Source: Alphaproteobacteria bacterium CG11_big_fil_rev_8_21_14_0_20_44_7 (GTDB lineage: Bacteria; Pseudomonadota; Alphaproteobacteria; Rickettsiales; 21-14-0-20-44-7). From it: a stretch of DNA of 32,582 nt. The stretch spans positions 1-32,582 of the forward strand of contig PCXJ01000100.1 in NCBI GenBank assembly GCA_002787615.1, written 5' to 3'. Under the pieces are notes generated by a model that searched no databases, had not been told where the DNA came from, and saw nothing but the letters and a program-made list of their open reading frames with translations. The first letter of the stretch is position 1. Each line of letters begins with the position of its first letter. Of the stretch, positions 26,201-32,582 are shown one piece after another. The position numbers were made by a program, and so were the translations under genes.

Positions 26201-26619
26201 TTCTGCACGCCCTGCCTGATAAAATAATCTTCAGTAATAATCCGCGCTGAAAACTCCAAAACATCTGACTTGCTAAGCTTAGAATCCAATTTTTCGATTA
26301 TCTGTTCTGATTCAGTAAATGTAACTTTATGACCATTACGCTCAAGCCATGGCTGCAATGAAATCCCCGTAACGCCCGCCAGCGTCACCTGTCCGTCAAA
26401 GCCTTTTCCGGTTAGTTCCAGCCCCTCATTCTCGGCAATCAAATCGCGCATGATGAATTTTTCAAAATCCGCATCAATTCTCAAGTCTTTTAGGGAATCA
26501 AATTCACCTGATTCAGAAACCGTATAGCCCCATTTACCTTTGGTGACCTTGTGGCTTCCGCTTCCTTGGAAGCGTTCTGTTAGAAATTTCAGAGCTTTAT
26601 CGAAATCCTTACTACTCAA
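20245..26619 (-). CDS. Giant (2124 aa) leaderless multi-catalytic peptidoglycan hydrolase
   Basis: TTG start at 26619 with AAGGTG 4 nt upstream. Hand-mapped modules, as DNA coordinates:
- GH108-like, 26095-26487
- SGNH/GDSL, 24745-25434 (LPIGDSLMSG)
- PG_binding_1-like, 23905-24087
- Pro/Lys/Ala linker, 23530-23682
- Tlde1/YkuD-like, 22735-23322 (GRDRFGIHPDG...NSGCGTF)
- amidase_3, 21730-22368 (LDRGHGD, FFSLHSND, LVEAGF)
- PG_binding_1-like, 21145-21312
- M23, 20650-20997 (DHKACDY, THLDF)
- charged tail, 20248-20649

There is no signal peptide. Confidence 0.8.
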   Translation of the reverse strand: MSSKDFDKALKFLTERFQGSGSHKVTKGKWGYTVSESGEFDSLKDLRIDADFEKFIMRDLIAENEGLELTGKGFDGQVTLAGVTGISLQPWLERNGHKVTFTESEQIIEKLDSKLSKSDVLEFSARIITEDYFIRQGVQNLHPSLQRQFLDSAFHRGPAAANWMLHNAVRKINGETEITPNPGAEPGLPGFDDPYFGLIPPTDAEQAKYTAIQQFYYDGLKNPKLLNEVNAAAAANPSLVNDAMVEFRHEHYKKDVKFDNLIARKNKANPDYKPFEEWEVRFGDPKIDRRDKWIKKGDNGKNTGNDGWINRANSFLSKYEGDVIKSKARGYEFVPMPENAEDKSYEEVISQDFRTPPSQPAPKLAPEDTPSRAEVEPAAQPANPNQSALEQIFADGKPKVLPIGDSLMSGVARKLGEQGFDVVDYDYFKGGSGLLIGASIEDSNSKTSRIPGVSEDGNITLSEAAKTAEYAVIMEGTNNGYPLDRQVRHKGEVVTANDDIYREKFTQLVRDVHEAGIKPIVIFPDTAPESRLSNPKLERIRDVQMEVVADLRAEGIAIGAVDLMASNLGKAASGKDFINEGLDYPKSVYDDISKSRAGDNSKVHYSPEAYAKIAEMAFTKGLGYIDGGMLLAAQERDTVMASTEQYTAPQVSQEDYYAGVTEPVVAENTRSDAELELLEEAEAHGIEQQLAVMNAQEETAVDIVSEAVVADAKTPEKPTAKPVDYSIAKFYEQMTDFGKNLLDKAEKGYAEYSREVQDAVVALRGDLAKPEAVKVADKTAPQTSEPSTATQEIVPVIAKQAVDPAAIKEKFTKDFKEISAAHNDDDILPLHKNSSRKGRADFKAETNQLQDVLVKLGYMQEKSESDKSAPYLAPSEKGGGFFGGKTYDAFTQFQRDWGISADGIRQHGAQYALDVASVLNQQTGWQKGQEIPSQIKGDVQRFNRLSLGEKKEWTKHQIITDIFAELFGESLGLQPQMIASAPPAQQREVVAAPEPQPKPKPEAKVEVAKSKPVPAPTPEVAAKPAPKKDTAPLLKEGGFGNIPASGNVSEEPSLSALGDGTGVSSSLLPAIDGYQEQEQVLYRPQQENNPQAVDKDGFRGPYHIVMAADTAPRPTGTPAKMVIFDDDGRFVKEYAMKSGGKSKGYGSDKSEGYGALPSFYEDLNSKPAKLAGTQYNSRGFWTFDIDDGGDPQKAISEFRKQGEEWRGYSFGRINGENAGFFQRIENPEEYKGGRDRFGIHPDGPNQGTSTSRQIVGTHKGSTVNALTHASDGNSGCGTFVNAQDSIEYLEWYNSLPKDMRPSGVDTTDRADLEMLKERGKSPSQGSSRVLIASSDPNKVTEEYESAEIAPTPAPAPTSTPAQTPKTDANFAELAKSSAGLFDEKGRVTVVPVMSVPQTFAVSKIPEAFTFNKGKGQKGDFTVYLDRGHGDYINGNFAPGAQSKIGVVPNKGIEGRGKPDEKTVGVSETDQKSIEQYYVAQALAAKGVNVRFTTEGDKVHGFSGGTDRRALQKSWQARAEFANNDMGEAKSVFFSLHSNDADAKQATGYETFHYSEQSKGYAEAVNNAVDQTSDLRSRGVKTNNFAVLRSTKMPAFLVEAGFNNNPDDFPELVDVPRMRARAEKMADAIYNQMVTENGGKVPELVAERQKNGAAERAESLNAELEPKMHAVLRDAVIQHGMYAHQNIKTEITPEKMQEFAAIMNGEKIPEKRLIASARSQGDNTALIRDAEGNVTDVVDRPPAETPPAAEPRGLLANARDNLRGRIRDIFDWDKPTTYIAALSEIGYIKSSDMGNNVGRFQREIGIKADEDLGPTTEYAIRMAINSVAEHDCITDECKTMAQAYEDLPKSIKTANAFDFVANLEPSKFNPIPSRAPEITEVFGSRYYPEFEKAGKYYSKDHKACDYRGKTGEEVVAPYSGEIVKSLGHHLILRTDNGLDIKLTHIDQLVREGQRVEAGEVIAKIAPESKNGGYATHLDFSAKITRTDVFIDPQDIYPQSIYDPAQASQLASRDNNAFYILGSGWVSKDQANEAGLEEIVRIAKLSSEEPKSLEEDISKHRMQVNADIPSRDEVEKSLEQPEKIDVVADLADKYQRGEYDMNADSLEAQTLNKLARDNSQGVGGVA

Positions 26620-26843
26620 ACCAACACCTTAATAATTAATTATATTTAACATACCCATACTACACAATCAATGTTACAAAATTATTACCTAAACAAAACT
26701 TTTTAACCAATCTTTACAATATCTTAATTTATTAAATATTGTGAGCTTATAATCATCTTTCTTTTAATGTAAAGAATATGAATTTTATATTTGCTTTTTT
26801 TTCGCTCTTTTGTTAAACACTACCTCCCGAATGGAGTTTTGAT

Positions 26844-27287
26844 ATGAATGAATTACAAAAATTTGAAGCTAGAGAGCTTGAGAACCTAACCGAAAACAAG
26901 GATATCCCTAAGTTTGGAGCAGGTGACACCGTAAAGGTGAATGTCCGTATTATTGAGGGCAGCAACGAGCGTATACAGGCTTTTGAGGGCGTATGCATCG
27001 CAAAGAAAAATCGTGGAGTTCATTCAAGCTTCACAGTTCGTAAGATTAGCAATGGTGAAGGTGTGGAGCGTGTTTTCCCTCTCTATTCGCCACTTCTGGA
27101 ATCAATTCAGCTATTGCGCCGTGGTGATGTTCGCCGCGCTAAGCTATATTACATGCGTGGTCTGACCGGTAAGAAAGCGCGTATTAAGGAAAAAGCTGAT
27201 TGGATGAACAAACCTGCGCCGAAAAAAGACAAGAAGCAGGAAGCTAAAGCAGAAACTACTAAAAAAGCAGCTCCAAAAGCTGAATAG
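26844..27287 (+). CDS. rplS: 50S ribosomal protein L19 (with Lys/Ala-rich C-terminal extension)
   Basis: 147 aa. Motifs are [62 protein letters not shown] and [16 protein letters not shown] lies 8 nt upstream of the ATG. Confidence 0.95.
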
Positions 27288-27330
27288 CTGATTATAGCAA
27301 GTTTTACTGAGAAATTATACAAGCCACACC

Positions 27331-27774
27331 ATGGATGACGATAAGCCAGTGCCGATGTTTTCTCTGCCTCCATTTGATCCAAAGAATGCATATCTTGCTG
27401 GGCGCATCCCTCTTCACACTCTGCAATTTCGCCTATTTCCCGAAGAAGCTAAGAACATAAGCCAAAAAGAGGCTGAAGATTTCATCAGAAACTACGGCGT
27501 TCCGGTTGATGGAATCTTCTCACTCTTTAGAATGCATTTAAAATTATGCATTGAAATAGGGCATTTTGACCCTGAAGATATTTATGCTTACACTGCATGG
27601 TTTGTCGGCAAATATTACGAAGAAGCTGCCGCACTTACCCCAAAGCCAACTGACGAGCCATCTGCCGAATCTGAGGCAGATTTTAGCGGAACACGGGAAA
27701 GGGCTGATGTAATCGGTGCGATAATTGAAGCTGTGAACGAACATGCACAAAGCCCAGAAAGGTGGAATTACTAG
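27331..27774 (+). CDS. Hypothetical protein (147 aa)
   Basis: ATG-initiated ORF 43 nt after rplS on the same strand. It is acidic, with no recognisable motif and no signal peptide. Its stop is 12 nt from the convergent clpA stop. Confidence 0.45.
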   Translation: MDDDKPVPMFSLPPFDPKNAYLAGRIPLHTLQFRLFPEEAKNISQKEAEDFIRNYGVPVDGIFSLFRMHLKLCIEIGHFDPEDIYAYTAWFVGKYYEEAAALTPKPTDEPSAESEADFSGTRERADVIGAIIEAVNEHAQSPERWNY

Positions 27775-27786
27775 GCAAACCCCTGC

Positions 27787-30096
27787 TTATTCCGCCTTGG
27801 TTTTTACTTTTTTCTGCTTTTTGGATTCAGATTTGATAAATTCAAAATCAATCTCGCCATCTTTCAAATGAACAGTCACCTGCCCGCCACCTGCCAGCTT
27901 GCCATATAAAATCTCTTCTGCGAGCGGCTTTTTCACCTTATCCTGAATTATCCTTGCCAATGGCCGCGCCCCGTTGAGCTTATCATAGCCTTTTTCGGCC
28001 AGCCAATTACGCGCGGAATCATCAAGCTTGATGCGCACCCGCTTATCCGCCAATTGCTCTTCCAACTGTCCGATAAATTTATCAACAACATTGGAGATTG
28101 TTTCCGGTGATAGATAATCAAATGGAATCACCGCATCCAGACGGTTTCTGAACTCCGGTGTGAACAAGCGATTCACCGCTTCTTTATCCTCATCCATTCT
28201 TTCTTCACGTCCAAATCCGATGGTCGGCTTGGTCATTTCCGCCGCTCCGGCATTTGAGGTCATAATCAGCACAACATTACGGAAATTCACGGTTTTACCG
28301 TTACTATCTGTCAATTTACCGTAATCCATCACTTGTAGCAGAATATTATAAATATCCGGATGCGCTTTCTCGATTTCATCCAGCAATAACACACAATATG
28401 GGAATTGACTGATTTTATCGGTCAAAATCCCGCCTTGGTCAAATCCCACATAGCCCGGAGGCGCACCGATAAGGCGGCTGACCGAGTGCTGCTCCATATA
28501 TTCCGACATATCAAAACGCAAAAATTCCATATTCATCACAAAAGCGAGCTGTTTTGCAAGCTCCGTCTTACCCACACCGGTTGGGCCTGTGAACAGATAA
28601 TTTCCGATTGGTTTTTCCGGCTCACGCAATCCTGCGCGTGACATGCGAATTGCATTGGAAACCATTTCAACCGCATTATCCTGCCCAAACACTTTCTCAC
28701 CAATATCGCTCTCTAAGCCTTTGAGTTTGCGCGCATCATCGGAACTCACCGATTTGGAAGGCACACGCGCAATTACGGAAATCACGCTTTCAATATCCTT
28801 CACCGTCACGGTTTTGGTGCGCTTGCTTTCCGGCATAATCATCTTTTGCGCTCCGGCTTCATCAATGATATCAATCGCCTTATCGGGCAATTTGCGGTCA
28901 TTTATAAATCTAACAGAAAGCTCAGTCGCCGCGCGCAGAGAATCTTGCGTATAACGGATTCCGTGATGCTCTTCAAAATATGGCTTCAACCCGCGCAGGA
29001 TTTTTATGGTATCCTCAACGCTTGGCTCTTCAATATCAACTTTTTGGAAGCGCCGCATCAACCCACGCTCTTTCTCAAAATAATTGCGATATTCTTTATA
29101 TGTGGTTGAGCCCATACATTTGAATGAACCCCGCGCCAAAGCAGGTTTCAGCAAATTACTCGCATCCATAGAACCGCCGGAAGTTGCCCCTGCCCCGATA
29201 ATTGTGTGGATTTCATCAATATATAATACCGCATTCGGCAGCTTTTCAATTTCCTGCACCACGGATTTTAGCCTTTCCTCAAAATCCCCGCGATAGCGTG
29301 TTCCAGCCAGCAACAAACCCATATCCAACGAGAATATCACCGCTTTTTTCAGCACGTCAGGAACTTCCCCGCGTACAATGCGCAAAGCCAACCCTTCAGC
29401 CAATGCGGTTTTACCAACCCCTGCTTCACCAACAAATAGCGGGTTATTTTTGCTGCGGCGGCATAATATCTGGATTGTGCGCTCAACTTCTTGCTCACGG
29501 CCAATCAGCACATCCATTTTACCGTCTTTTGCGCGTTTATTCAAATTCACGCAATATGCGGTTAATGCTTCATTAGCCTCATCTTTGGAGAAATCTTCCA
29601 ACTCCTGCTCTTTACGCTTCTGAATTTGCTTTGCAGAGATTTGCTGGATAGCATTATCAACCTTTTTTGAAGCTAGCCCATGCGAGGCAAAACTGACAAT
29701 ATCTAACCGCGTAATTCCCTGATCCTGCAAGAAATAAACCGCATGGGAGTCTTGCTCAGCAAAAATCTCCACCAACACATTCACCCCGTTCACCTCTGCC
29801 CTGCCGCTTGATTGCACATGCACGGCGGCGCGGTGTATTACTCTTTGGAATCCCGCAGTTGGCTTGGCTTCCTCAACCTCATCAACAATAAGGTCATCCA
29901 TATCATTTTCAAGAAAATCCATAACCTGCGTGCGCAATTCTAATATATCTATATTACACGCTTCCAGTGCGGCGCGCGCATCATCATCCTCGCTAAGTGC
30001 AAGCAGTAAATGCTCCAGCCCGGCATATTCATGCCAATAATTCTTTGCAATTTCCAACGCGCGGTGAAGAGTTTTTTCTAGGTTTTGTGATATCAT
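27787..30096 (-). CDS. clpA: ATP-dependent Clp protease ATP-binding subunit ClpA
   Basis: 769 aa. It has a Clp N-domain, and two AAA+ modules with Walker A motifs GEAGVGKTA and GPTGVGKTE. It lacks the ClpB middle domain, and its size is typical of ClpA. Confidence 0.95.
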   Translation of the reverse strand: MISQNLEKTLHRALEIAKNYWHEYAGLEHLLLALSEDDDARAALEACNIDILELRTQVMDFLENDMDDLIVDEVEEAKPTAGFQRVIHRAAVHVQSSGRAEVNGVNVLVEIFAEQDSHAVYFLQDQGITRLDIVSFASHGLASKKVDNAIQQISAKQIQKRKEQELEDFSKDEANEALTAYCVNLNKRAKDGKMDVLIGREQEVERTIQILCRRSKNNPLFVGEAGVGKTALAEGLALRIVRGEVPDVLKKAVIFSLDMGLLLAGTRYRGDFEERLKSVVQEIEKLPNAVLYIDEIHTIIGAGATSGGSMDASNLLKPALARGSFKCMGSTTYKEYRNYFEKERGLMRRFQKVDIEEPSVEDTIKILRGLKPYFEEHHGIRYTQDSLRAATELSVRFINDRKLPDKAIDIIDEAGAQKMIMPESKRTKTVTVKDIESVISVIARVPSKSVSSDDARKLKGLESDIGEKVFGQDNAVEMVSNAIRMSRAGLREPEKPIGNYLFTGPTGVGKTELAKQLAFVMNMEFLRFDMSEYMEQHSVSRLIGAPPGYVGFDQGGILTDKISQFPYCVLLLDEIEKAHPDIYNILLQVMDYGKLTDSNGKTVNFRNVVLIMTSNAGAAEMTKPTIGFGREERMDEDKEAVNRLFTPEFRNRLDAVIPFDYLSPETISNVVDKFIGQLEEQLADKRVRIKLDDSARNWLAEKGYDKLNGARPLARIIQDKVKKPLAEEILYGKLAGGGQVTVHLKDGEIDFEFIKSESKKQKKVKTKAE

Positions 30097-30286
30097 AATA
30101 TTGAGTTTAGTCAGATAATTCTTAATAAATCCTTATTGCCGCAAATATTTTTAGTATTCATTACAATTTCATCCTTTCCGCGCCTTTGCCAGCTAATGCA
30201 AGATTCGTCATTGCCTGAATTGCGGAATAACAAAATCGGTAACACCTCATTTATTTTCCATCACATAAGGTATATTAAAAATGAGT

Positions 30287-30312
30287 AAGAAAAAAGCCCG
30301 CCGAAGCGAGCT
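30287..30312 (-). terminator. Rho-independent terminator after the clpS-orf180 unit
   Basis: The minus-strand RNA is AGCUCGC-UUCG-GCGGGCU (7 bp including one G-U, UUCG tetraloop) followed by UUUUUCUU. It lies 47 nt downstream of the orf180 stop and about 190 nt upstream of the clpA start. Confidence 0.7.
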
Positions 30313-30358
30313 TTAATATATATTACAATTTATTTTCTCAATGTGATTATTTTAGCTA

Positions 30359-30901
30359 TCACTTACTCTGCCCCGTCCCATCCGGCTCTTGCGGGTTGCG
30401 CTTTGGATTTTCATCTCTGTAACGGGAAGTTTTGCTATCATTTACGCTAGCCCCCGTATCCAGAGAAGCATCCTGATATTGCTCTAAGGTAAACACTTCG
30501 TGCCATGCACCATATTTTTCAACTTGTTCTTCCACCCAAGATTTTATGGCTGCTAACTTATCTTCTTCCGATACATCTTGTGGAAACTCAGCTAATTCTA
30601 TATCAGCCAAAAACGGAAATGACTCTTTTAACAATGGCTTTAATTCTGTAGTAATATTATACACCTGCCACATATCAAACTGCCCCTGCTCGTTCCTCAG
30701 ATTTGCTTGTGAGGCATACCCTAGTATCTCTATCAGGCCGGTAGCATATTCCCTTCTGGGAAGCGGAGTATCGCCATTCAACAATTGTGGCTTATAATGC
30801 TCATCAGGAATTGAAACAAGCACATCCGTTACGACTGAAAGTACATCACAAATGTGGAATGTCGCGCCGTCTTTCGGTCGATTTTGTATATAACCTACCA
30901 C
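30359..30901 (-). CDS. Hypothetical acidic protein (180 aa) between clpS and clpA
   Basis: GTG start at 30901, 9 nt after the clpS stop, with AAGG overlapping that stop. There is no other in-frame start for 75 codons. No domain is recognised, and the C-terminal ~35 aa appear disordered (DTGASVNDSKTSRYRDENPKRNPQEPDGTGQSK). Confidence 0.5.
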   Translation of the reverse strand: MVGYIQNRPKDGATFHICDVLSVVTDVLVSIPDEHYKPQLLNGDTPLPRREYATGLIEILGYASQANLRNEQGQFDMWQVYNITTELKPLLKESFPFLADIELAEFPQDVSEEDKLAAIKSWVEEQVEKYGAWHEVFTLEQYQDASLDTGASVNDSKTSRYRDENPKRNPQEPDGTGQSK

Positions 30902-30910
30902 GCAGCAACC

Positions 30911-31258
30911 TTAAAAATTCTCTTCGAAAACGCATTTTAGCGGATGTTGGCTTTTACGTGCGAAATCATTCACGATTCCGGCTTTAGTTTCCGCCACATC
31001 TCTTGTATAAAACCCGCAAACTGCTGCGCCTTCGCCATGAACTTGCAAGGTCAATCCGGTTGCCTCTTCATGCGATTTATGGAAAAACTTTTGTAGGATA
31101 TAAACCACAAATTCCATCGGTGTGAAATCATCATTCATCAGCACAACCTTATACATTGAAGGCTTGCTTAGAACTGCCTCCGGCTCTGCATAAGCTGTAT
31201 CGGAATAGTTGATATTACTATTATTCGGTTTGTTTTCCTGCCTCATATCCTTACCCAT
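30911..31258 (-). CDS. clpS: ATP-dependent Clp protease adaptor ClpS
   Basis: 115 aa, with YKVVLMNDDFTPMEFVVYILQKFFHKSHEEATGLTLQVHGEGAAVCGFYTRDVAETK. Confidence 0.93.
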   Translation of the reverse strand: MGKDMRQENKPNNSNINYSDTAYAEPEAVLSKPSMYKVVLMNDDFTPMEFVVYILQKFFHKSHEEATGLTLQVHGEGAAVCGFYTRDVAETKAGIVNDFARKSQHPLKCVFEENF

Positions 31259-31392
31259 TTTTTTTAAATCCCCTGTAGTAACTTTAATTACATCAGAAAA
31301 AAGATAAGAAATGATTAAGCGGGAGTAAAATTTTGGTTAAGATGGTATGTTTTTTGCCAAAAACTGAAAAAATATACAGGAAATCAGCGTTT

Positions 31393-31578
31393 TTATTTCT
31401 GGTAGATGAACTTGCGGCTGCAATACGGGCAAACAACTTCACCATTATCATCCACTTCAAGGAACACACGCGGATGCCCCAACTCGCCACCATCACACGC
31501 AACTTGCGCGGCATTTACATAATATGCATCTGCTTGGGTCGGGTGTGGTTTAACTTCCATAATTTGTGCCATATTCAT
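31393..31578 (-). CDS. Zinc-finger (zf-CHCC type) domain protein
   Basis: [32 protein letters not shown] matches the C.G...HP.V.L....e..CPYC pattern of the family. The start is uncertain (ATG at 31578, 31572 or 31560), and every candidate overlaps the leuD 3' end. Confidence 0.7.
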
Positions 31579-32173
31579 ATTGCCAAGGCGTTGTTTGCTT
31601 TTGCTCCGCTTCATATTCTGATATCTTATTACCATTTTGCAGGGTTAAGCCAATATCGTCTAAACCATTTAATAAATTATGTTTTCTGAAGCCATCAATT
31701 TGAAACTTAATTTGCGTGTTACCGAAGCTCACGGTTTGCGCTTCTAAATCAATACTAACTTCTTCGCCACGTTTTGCCACTTCGGTTATTTGGTCAACAT
31801 CAGATTGCGGCAGCTTGATTGGCAACATTCCGTTTTTGAAGCAGTTATTATAGAAAATATCGGCAAAACTCGGTGCTATTATTACCTTTATACCAAAATC
31901 CAGCAATGCCCATGGCGCATGCTCACGGCTAGAGCCACAGCCAAAATTCTCACCACTTACCAGAATCTTTGCGTTTGTGTAGGGCGCGTTATGCAGCACA
32001 AAATCATCCACACGGTTGCCTTTTTCATCGAAGCGCATTTCATAGAACAAGCCTTCTGCCAACCCGCTACGCTTGATGGTTTTGAGGAATTGCTTGGGAA
32101 TAATCATATCCGTATCCACATTTTGCAGTGGAAGCGGTGCGATTATGGCGGTTATTTTAGTAAATTTTTGCAT
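31550..32173 (-). CDS. leuD: 3-isopropylmalate dehydratase small subunit
   Basis: 207 aa, with [33 protein letters not shown] and [23 protein letters not shown]. Confidence 0.93.
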
Positions 32174-32268
32174 ATCGGCATATTATACTCAGCCAAATTA
32201 AATTTCCAGCAATTTATCTACATACAAACTTAGCTATCCCTGCAATTACTCGCTTATAGCTAAGGCAT

Positions 32269-32582
32269 TCACTTCTTCCACCAACCTTTGCGTGCTGATT
32301 TTCTTTTCGCTGCCGGTTTTTCAAACTCTGTGGGCTCATCTGCTTTCGGGCTGTTATCATTATTAGGCTTGCTAGAGGCGCTTTCTTCAGAAATCTTTTC
32401 TTGCGGAGGCGTGCTAGCAATCACAGAAGCTTCGGGCTTTTCGTCCTTTTTCTCATCAGACTTCACCGATTGCGGCTTGCGCTTTCTTGACGGCTTCTTT
32501 TTGACATCATCTTTTGGTGCAGATTGAGGTGCAGATTGAGATGCAGCTTCAGAAGTTGATGGATTCGGCTTTACAGCAACCG
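32269..32582 (-). CDS. C-terminal end of a larger protein entering from the right edge; possibly RNase E (GWW-type tail)
   Basis: The frame is open from the window edge, by hand translation: ...VAVKPNPSTSEAASQSAPQSAPKDDVKKKPSRKRKPQSVKSDEKK...KPAAKRKSARKGWWKK*. It is low-complexity and Lys/Pro/Ser/Glu-rich, ending in a basic GWW motif like the PNPase-binding tail of alphaproteobacterial RNase E. The product assignment is tentative. Confidence 0.35.
   Translation of the reverse strand, partial: VAVKPNPSTSEAASQSAPQSAPKDDVKKKPSRKRKPQSVKSDEKKDEKPEASVIASTPPQEKISEESASSKPNNDNSPKADEPTEFEKPAAKRKSARKGWWKK

Noticed and set aside
31293-31689. Track ORFs 31293-31514 (-) and 31333-31689 (+)
   Set aside because: They overlap the zf-CHCC gene and the leuD 3' end in other frames or on the other strand, and they have no motifs.
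32214-32527. Track ORFs 32214-32420 (-) and 32288-32527 (+)
   Set aside because: They are alternative-frame or antisense readings of the Lys/Pro/Ser-rich tail ORF that is open to the window edge.

Overview
This window looks like a chromosomal segment of an AT-rich Gram-negative bacterium. It is probably an alphaproteobacterium, inferred from RecA, a zf-CHCC protein, a GWW-tailed RNase E-like end and a GFVETSG/MBG-type TpsA.

- **1-7.6 kb:** a two-partner secretion locus, tpsB plus a tpsA of more than 1954 aa that runs off the left edge. tpsA is missing from the supplied ORF track because it has no stop inside the window; I translated it by hand.
- **7.9-13.7 kb:** an accessory stretch bracketed by two convergent tRNA genes (tRNA-Glu-UUC and tRNA-Pro-UGG) whose 3' ends face inward. 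It holds an integrase N-terminal remnant, a beta-barrel OMP gene whose stop abuts the start of a methyl-accepting chemotaxis protein gene, and a near-consensus Fur box in the divergent promoter region. It also holds a small secreted ORF, a bestrophin-like channel and an SMR-like protein, separated by repeated pseudo-tRNA-Pro 3' fragments.
- **13.8-32.6 kb:** a housekeeping backbone (rapZ, nadC, recA, trmD, rplS, clpA, clpS, zf-CHCC, leuD, RNase E-like tail) interrupted by two peptidoglycan hydrolase genes that lack any signal peptide. One is a 687-aa DPBB-like + amidase_3 protein upstream of recA. The other is a 2124-aa protein that concatenates GH108-like, SGNH, Tlde1/YkuD-like, amidase_3 and M23 modules plus two PG-binding domains, and it splits the normally contiguous trmD-rplS pair.

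These two leaderless murein-degrading proteins, with no visible immunity gene or secretion apparatus, are my best candidate for an undescribed antibacterial or predatory effector system. A 180-aa unknown gene is also wedged between clpS and clpA. I found no CRISPR array, IS element or intact prophage.
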